Assembly (NCBI GenBank): GCA_044226015.1
Contig: JBGAHS010000004.1
Coordinates: 224,001 to 288,000, forward strand
Reading direction: 5' to 3'
DNA: 64,000 nucleotides
Source of the DNA: Candidatus Obscuribacteraceae bacterium
GTDB lineage: Bacteria; Cyanobacteriota; Vampirovibrionia; Obscuribacterales; Obscuribacteraceae
Shown here: positions 60,068 through 64,000 of the stretch, piece by piece
Numbering within the stretch: position 1 is the first letter of the stretch
Layout: the number at the start of each line of letters is the position of its first letter
The notes under the pieces: generated by a model
What the model saw: only the letters and a program-made list of their open reading frames with translations
Told to the model about the DNA's origin: nothing
Databases searched by the model: none
Program-made: the position numbers and the translations under genes

Positions 60068-60240
60068 CGCCCGGAGTACGCGGTGATGGGACCGCATTGA
60101 TTAGGGATCCGCCCGGAGTACGCGGTGATGGGACTGCATAGATTAGGGATCCGCCCGGAGTACGCGGTGGTGGGACTGCATTGATTAGGGATCCGCCCGG
60201 AGTGCGCGGTGGTGGGACTGCATTGATTAGGGATCCGCCC
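60068..60240 (+). repeat. Four tandem 42-bp units plus a partial fifth
   Basis: CGCCCGGAGTACGCGGTGRTGGGACYGCATTGATTAGGGATC starting at 60068, 60110, 60152 and 60194; no spacers. Confidence 0.95.
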
Positions 60241-60496
60241 TGGGGTCCATGGTGGTGAGGTTCCGCTTGAGTGCGCAGCTACCCCGTTTTTTATTCGGTT
60301 TTGCTGCACAGTTGCGGAACTGTTTTGCTTGGTGTTTGCGCCAAGCCCTGGATTTGTATATTTGAAATATTGATGCCGGTTCAAACCAATACCTCGTGAT
60401 TCTGGTATTGCATATGGTGTCAAAAACTACGCAGAAATAATTGAATAAGCATCCGTGAATTCTCTGAATTCCAATTCTCATGCCAAGGGAGCAACC

Positions 60497-62350
60497 ATGT
60501 CAGCCAAATCTAATGTAACGCCCGAACTTGAAAAAGCTGCCTCTGTCGATGTGTCAGGGTGCCAAAGAGGGTATGATTTTCCGAGTGCAAACGGAAATAC
60601 TTTGAATACTTTTGATATCAAGAGGCAAGAACCTGGCATGAACACACCAACAAGCCAAGCAAAAGAATACGAGCAGGGCGTTCTCTCGCTTTTGCATGCT
60701 AGAGCTGCTCAATTCGGCGACCGCGAGGCTTTTCGCATGAAAGAAGGTGGCGAGGTTCGTGCGGTCACATATTCACAGCTTTCTGAACGCACGCGTCAGC
60801 TAAGCTCGTACTTGATGGAAAAAGGGGTGAAGCAGGGCGATCGAATTGCCATTTTGAGTGAATCGAGACCGGAATGGGGCATCGCATTTTTCGGTTCAGT
60901 ACGCGCTGGAGCGACTATCGTTCCGCTTGACATAAAACTCACAGAGACAGAACTCGTGTCCATTCTCTCTGATTGCAGACCGAAGGCTATCATTTGCGAT
61001 AGCAAGCATCTGGAGCTGGCTCAACGCTTGCCGAAATCGGTTGACTCAATTGCAGACGTTTATTTGATTGAAGATGGAAAAGGTACAGAGCAGGTTAAAT
61101 CGATTGATCAGTTGCAAGCATCATCAATTCTCGAAGGCGTTCAGCGAAAGAACGATGAGGTTGCAGTTCTAGTCTACACTTCTGGTACTACCGGTAGTCC
61201 CAAGGGTGTCATGACCACTTTTGGAAACTTGATTTTTCAGATCAGCAGCTTCAAAGCTATTATCGACCTCTCGGAAAATGATCGTTTCCTTTCAGTATTG
61301 CCATTGAACCACTTGTTTGAGCTTACTGGCGGTTTCCTGGGTATTTTGAATGAAGGTGGAACTATTGTGTTCTGTCATTCGCTATTTCCGCAGGAAATCA
61401 TCAAAACGATGAAAGAAGAAAAGATCACCGGAATGATCGCAGTTCCCCTATTCTTCAAGTCTCTGAAGAGCGGAATCGAGCGCGAGGTTAAGCGCAAGGG
61501 TGAAGAGGCAATCGCTAGATTTCATGCAGGCATCGAAGCTGCGGGGCAGCTGCCGCTGGAAAAACGGCGCGAAATGTTTGCACCTGTTCTTGCTGAGTTG
61601 GGCGGACATTTGCGTGTATTAGTCAGTGGTGGTGCGCCGCTTGAAGTTGAAGTGGGCAAGTTCTTCCAATCAATCGGTATACCGATGTGTGAAGGGTATG
61701 GTCTTACTGAAACAAGCCCCGTCATCGCTGCGAATAGTTTGGTGGCAGCAAAAATTGGAAGTGTCGGCAAGCCGCTGAATGGTCTAGAAGTAAAAATTGC
61801 CAAAAAGACAGAGACCGATACCGAAGGTGAAATCATAACGCGCGGACCTCACATTATGGCTGGCTATCACAAGCGTGAAGACTTGACCAACGAAGCAATC
61901 GACTCTGAAGGTTGGTTCCACAGTGGTGACATTGGACACATTGATGAAGACGGTTTCTTGTTCATTACTGGAAGAATTAAGAATATGATTGTTCTTGGTG
62001 GTGGCAAAAAGATCTTCCCTGAAGAAGTTGAGGCTGCTTTTGGACCAGCCACGACGGTCAAAGAAGTTTGTGTGCTTGGAGCAAAAACTAAAGAAGGTGG
62101 CTTCAAGGGTGGAACCGAAGAAGTGTGCGTGGTGGCAGTGCCATCAGACGCTCTTGTCCATGAGCACAAGGACAACCCTCAAGCTATACAAGCCGCAATC
62201 AAAAAGGAATTAGACGGCTTGGCTGAACATCTCGCAGTGTACAAGCGCCCCACAAAACTAGTAATCAGCATGGAAGATCTTCCGAAGACAGTTACTCGCA
62301 AAATTAAACGCCCGGCCGTTCTTGAATGGTTGCAAACACAGGGAGCATAG
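60497..62350 (+). CDS. Long-chain acyl-CoA synthetase / AMP-binding enzyme
   Basis: YTSGTTGSPKGV, LPLNHLFE, SGGAPL, GYGLTETSP, WFHSGDIG, GRIKNMIV; start uncertain (60455, 60497 or 60638). Confidence 0.9.
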   Translation: MSAKSNVTPELEKAASVDVSGCQRGYDFPSANGNTLNTFDIKRQEPGMNTPTSQAKEYEQGVLSLLHARAAQFGDREAFRMKEGGEVRAVTYSQLSERTRQLSSYLMEKGVKQGDRIAILSESRPEWGIAFFGSVRAGATIVPLDIKLTETELVSILSDCRPKAIICDSKHLELAQRLPKSVDSIADVYLIEDGKGTEQVKSIDQLQASSILEGVQRKNDEVAVLVYTSGTTGSPKGVMTTFGNLIFQISSFKAIIDLSENDRFLSVLPLNHLFELTGGFLGILNEGGTIVFCHSLFPQEIIKTMKEEKITGMIAVPLFFKSLKSGIEREVKRKGEEAIARFHAGIEAAGQLPLEKRREMFAPVLAELGGHLRVLVSGGAPLEVEVGKFFQSIGIPMCEGYGLTETSPVIAANSLVAAKIGSVGKPLNGLEVKIAKKTETDTEGEIITRGPHIMAGYHKREDLTNEAIDSEGWFHSGDIGHIDEDGFLFITGRIKNMIVLGGGKKIFPEEVEAAFGPATTVKEVCVLGAKTKEGGFKGGTEEVCVVAVPSDALVHEHKDNPQAIQAAIKKELDGLAEHLAVYKRPTKLVISMEDLPKTVTRKIKRPAVLEWLQTQGA

Positions 62351-62357
62351 CACTCAG

Positions 62358-62936
62358 ATGGACAAAGGTGTCCTCATTCTGATTTGTCTGAACTTCATTT
62401 ACATTGCTCTTCTGCCTGTTATTTTTTTCAGAAAAGATGGAGGACTAAATCTGGGGTGGTTCGCTACTGCGCTTCCATTCGGGGTTTGCCCTCTGTCTTT
62501 AATCGCAACCTATTATGGTTATCTAGTTCGATTGACTGGTGTCAATACTCCGTGGGGAAGTTTCTCCGACACGGTGCCGATACTACTTTCTTGTTGCTCA
62601 ATCGCGTTGATTTCTTTCACTCTCGGAACACATCGCATACCGATAGCGCTATGGCACCAGGAAAATGACGCGCCGCAAAGCATAGTCACATTCGGACCCT
62701 ACAAATGGGTGAGACACCCGTTTTATACCTCCTTCATTGTAGCGTTCGCTTCAGCGTTTATTTATGCACCAAATGTGATGACAACAATCAGTTTGATCTA
62801 CGGTTTAGCTATTCTGAATTTTACTGCAGACCGCGAAGAGAAGCGCCTTTGTCAGTCTGATTTCGGAAAAGAATATGAGTCCTACATGTCGCGCACCGGA
62901 CGATTTCTTCCGAAATTTCTTGATTCTATAGGTTAG
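62358..62936 (+). CDS. Isoprenylcysteine carboxyl methyltransferase (ICMT/PEMT) family membrane methyltransferase
   Basis: IVTFGPYKWVRHPFYTS, EEKRL...FG.EY..Y...TGRFLP; multiple TM helices. Confidence 0.88.
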   Translation: MDKGVLILICLNFIYIALLPVIFFRKDGGLNLGWFATALPFGVCPLSLIATYYGYLVRLTGVNTPWGSFSDTVPILLSCCSIALISFTLGTHRIPIALWHQENDAPQSIVTFGPYKWVRHPFYTSFIVAFASAFIYAPNVMTTISLIYGLAILNFTADREEKRLCQSDFGKEYESYMSRTGRFLPKFLDSIG

Positions 62937-62938
62937 TC

Positions 62939-63886
62939 ATGGACGCGTATATTGGAAGCTTGAGCTATTGCCTGGGAGAACAGAGCTACTCTCTGGATGA
63001 ATCAGCTGAAGCTGGGCGGCTAATTTCACCTGTGCAAGCCCTCAAAGATTCTGGTTTTGCCAATCACCGAATCTGCGCTGACAATCAATCTGCATACGAC
63101 CTGGCTCGTGATTGTGCCCGGCAGCTGTCTGACCTTGAAAAAGTCGGAGCCATCATTTATTCCACTTGTTTGCCATTGAATGGGAATTGCGGCGATGCTA
63201 CCTTGTTCGACCAGACCAGAGACGTAAAGTACTTGATGGATTTTCCTGCAAGTCACTTGCAATCAGAGTTTGGAATGAACGACGCTTTCGTTTTAGGCAT
63301 CAATCAGCAAGCCTGCACTGGAATGCTCGGTTCCATCAGGCTTGCACGCATGCTGCTCAACGACGATGAATCCATAGATTCTGTCCTCTGCATAACTGCC
63401 GACAGGTTTCCTTACGGCGCCAAGTACGAGCAAGCTTACAATCTCATTTCTGATGGAGCTGCAGCTACGATTGTCAGTCGAAAGCCTGGTCGATACAAAA
63501 TTCTTGCTTGCCACGGTATCACTAATGGTGGCTTGGCTCAGGCTAGTGATGAGGAAGCGGCTGGAACATACTTCGTTTATTGCAACAGGGTAATTCGCGA
63601 GACTCTGGCCAAGGCGCGCTTAGATTTGAGCGATATCTCCTGGATTATTCCGCAAAACATGAACAGCAAGGCGTGGCAAATTTTGGCTCGGCTTTTGAAA
63701 TTTGATGAGAACAAAGCATTCGCAGGAAGTCGGGCTGAACTGGGGCATGTTATCAGTGCAGACAACATGATAAATCTATCTCTTTTAACCCAAGGTGGCG
63801 GCGCAAAGTCTGGGCAATATTTACTGCTGATTATGGCTGGTTATGGCATGAACTGGCAGTGTGTGATTTTGGAGGCTTGCAAATGA
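62939..63886 (+). CDS. FabH/KAS III-like condensing enzyme with atypical active site
   Basis: QQACTG catalytic Cys, SDGAAA, IIPQN, GHVISAD, GYGMNW. Confidence 0.8.
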   Translation: MDAYIGSLSYCLGEQSYSLDESAEAGRLISPVQALKDSGFANHRICADNQSAYDLARDCARQLSDLEKVGAIIYSTCLPLNGNCGDATLFDQTRDVKYLMDFPASHLQSEFGMNDAFVLGINQQACTGMLGSIRLARMLLNDDESIDSVLCITADRFPYGAKYEQAYNLISDGAAATIVSRKPGRYKILACHGITNGGLAQASDEEAAGTYFVYCNRVIRETLAKARLDLSDISWIIPQNMNSKAWQILARLLKFDENKAFAGSRAELGHVISADNMINLSLLTQGGGAKSGQYLLLIMAGYGMNWQCVILEACK

Positions 63887-64000
63887 TTAGTCTCTCTGAC
63901 ACAGCCAAGAAATTGTCTGAACTCTCGACCAAAAACTATTTGAATCCATACACATACATAGACTGGGCTGCCGAAATGCCTCGAGAGCAGTGGTTTATGT
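63883..64000 (+). CDS. Partial CDS, possibly AurF-like/ferritin-fold diiron oxygenase
   Basis: ATGA overlap with the previous gene; MISLSDTAKKLSELSTKNYLNPYTYIDWAAEMPREQWFM, open to the window end. Confidence 0.45.
   Translation, partial: MISLSDTAKKLSELSTKNYLNPYTYIDWAAEMPREQWFM

Noticed and set aside
58969..60240. Repeat arrays as CRISPR
   Set aside because: Units are contiguous with no unique spacers, and there are no cas genes in the window

Overview
Bacterial chromosomal window. The Tic20-like, giant AsmA-like, MshEN/TPR and Ser/Thr-kinase genes, with no photosynthesis genes present, suggest a non-photosynthetic cyanobacterial relative such as Melainabacteria/Vampirovibrionia (inference only). 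Region 1-34.5 kb is mostly housekeeping: pfkA, ribD, miaB, trmFO fused to a thermonuclease domain, M13 peptidase, ParA, kdsB, two tandem tmk-like genes, and a transsulfuration enzyme plus aspartokinase operon. The best find is directly upstream of that operon: a 28-codon leader peptide with 8 Met codons, coupled to mutually exclusive antiterminator/terminator hairpins, i.e. an apparent methionine-codon transcription attenuator. Region ~34.6-53.5 kb is a decaying composite genomic island downstream of the 3' end of tRNA-fMet. It holds arsR-arsI, a nonsense-disrupted catalase, Fic and nuclease-NTPase remnants, a truncated integrase, an HTH-PIN module with a 9-bp repeat array, an RIT recombinase trio with a domain duplication and an internal inversion, candidate defence nucleases, and two diverged copies of a ~200-bp end module. 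The right end carries dtd, tRNA-Gly, hisC, a Q/P-rich repeat protein, a radical SAM gene flanked by tandem repeats, and the start of a likely lipid/specialised-metabolite cluster that runs off the window. All family calls come from motif recognition; no database searches were run.
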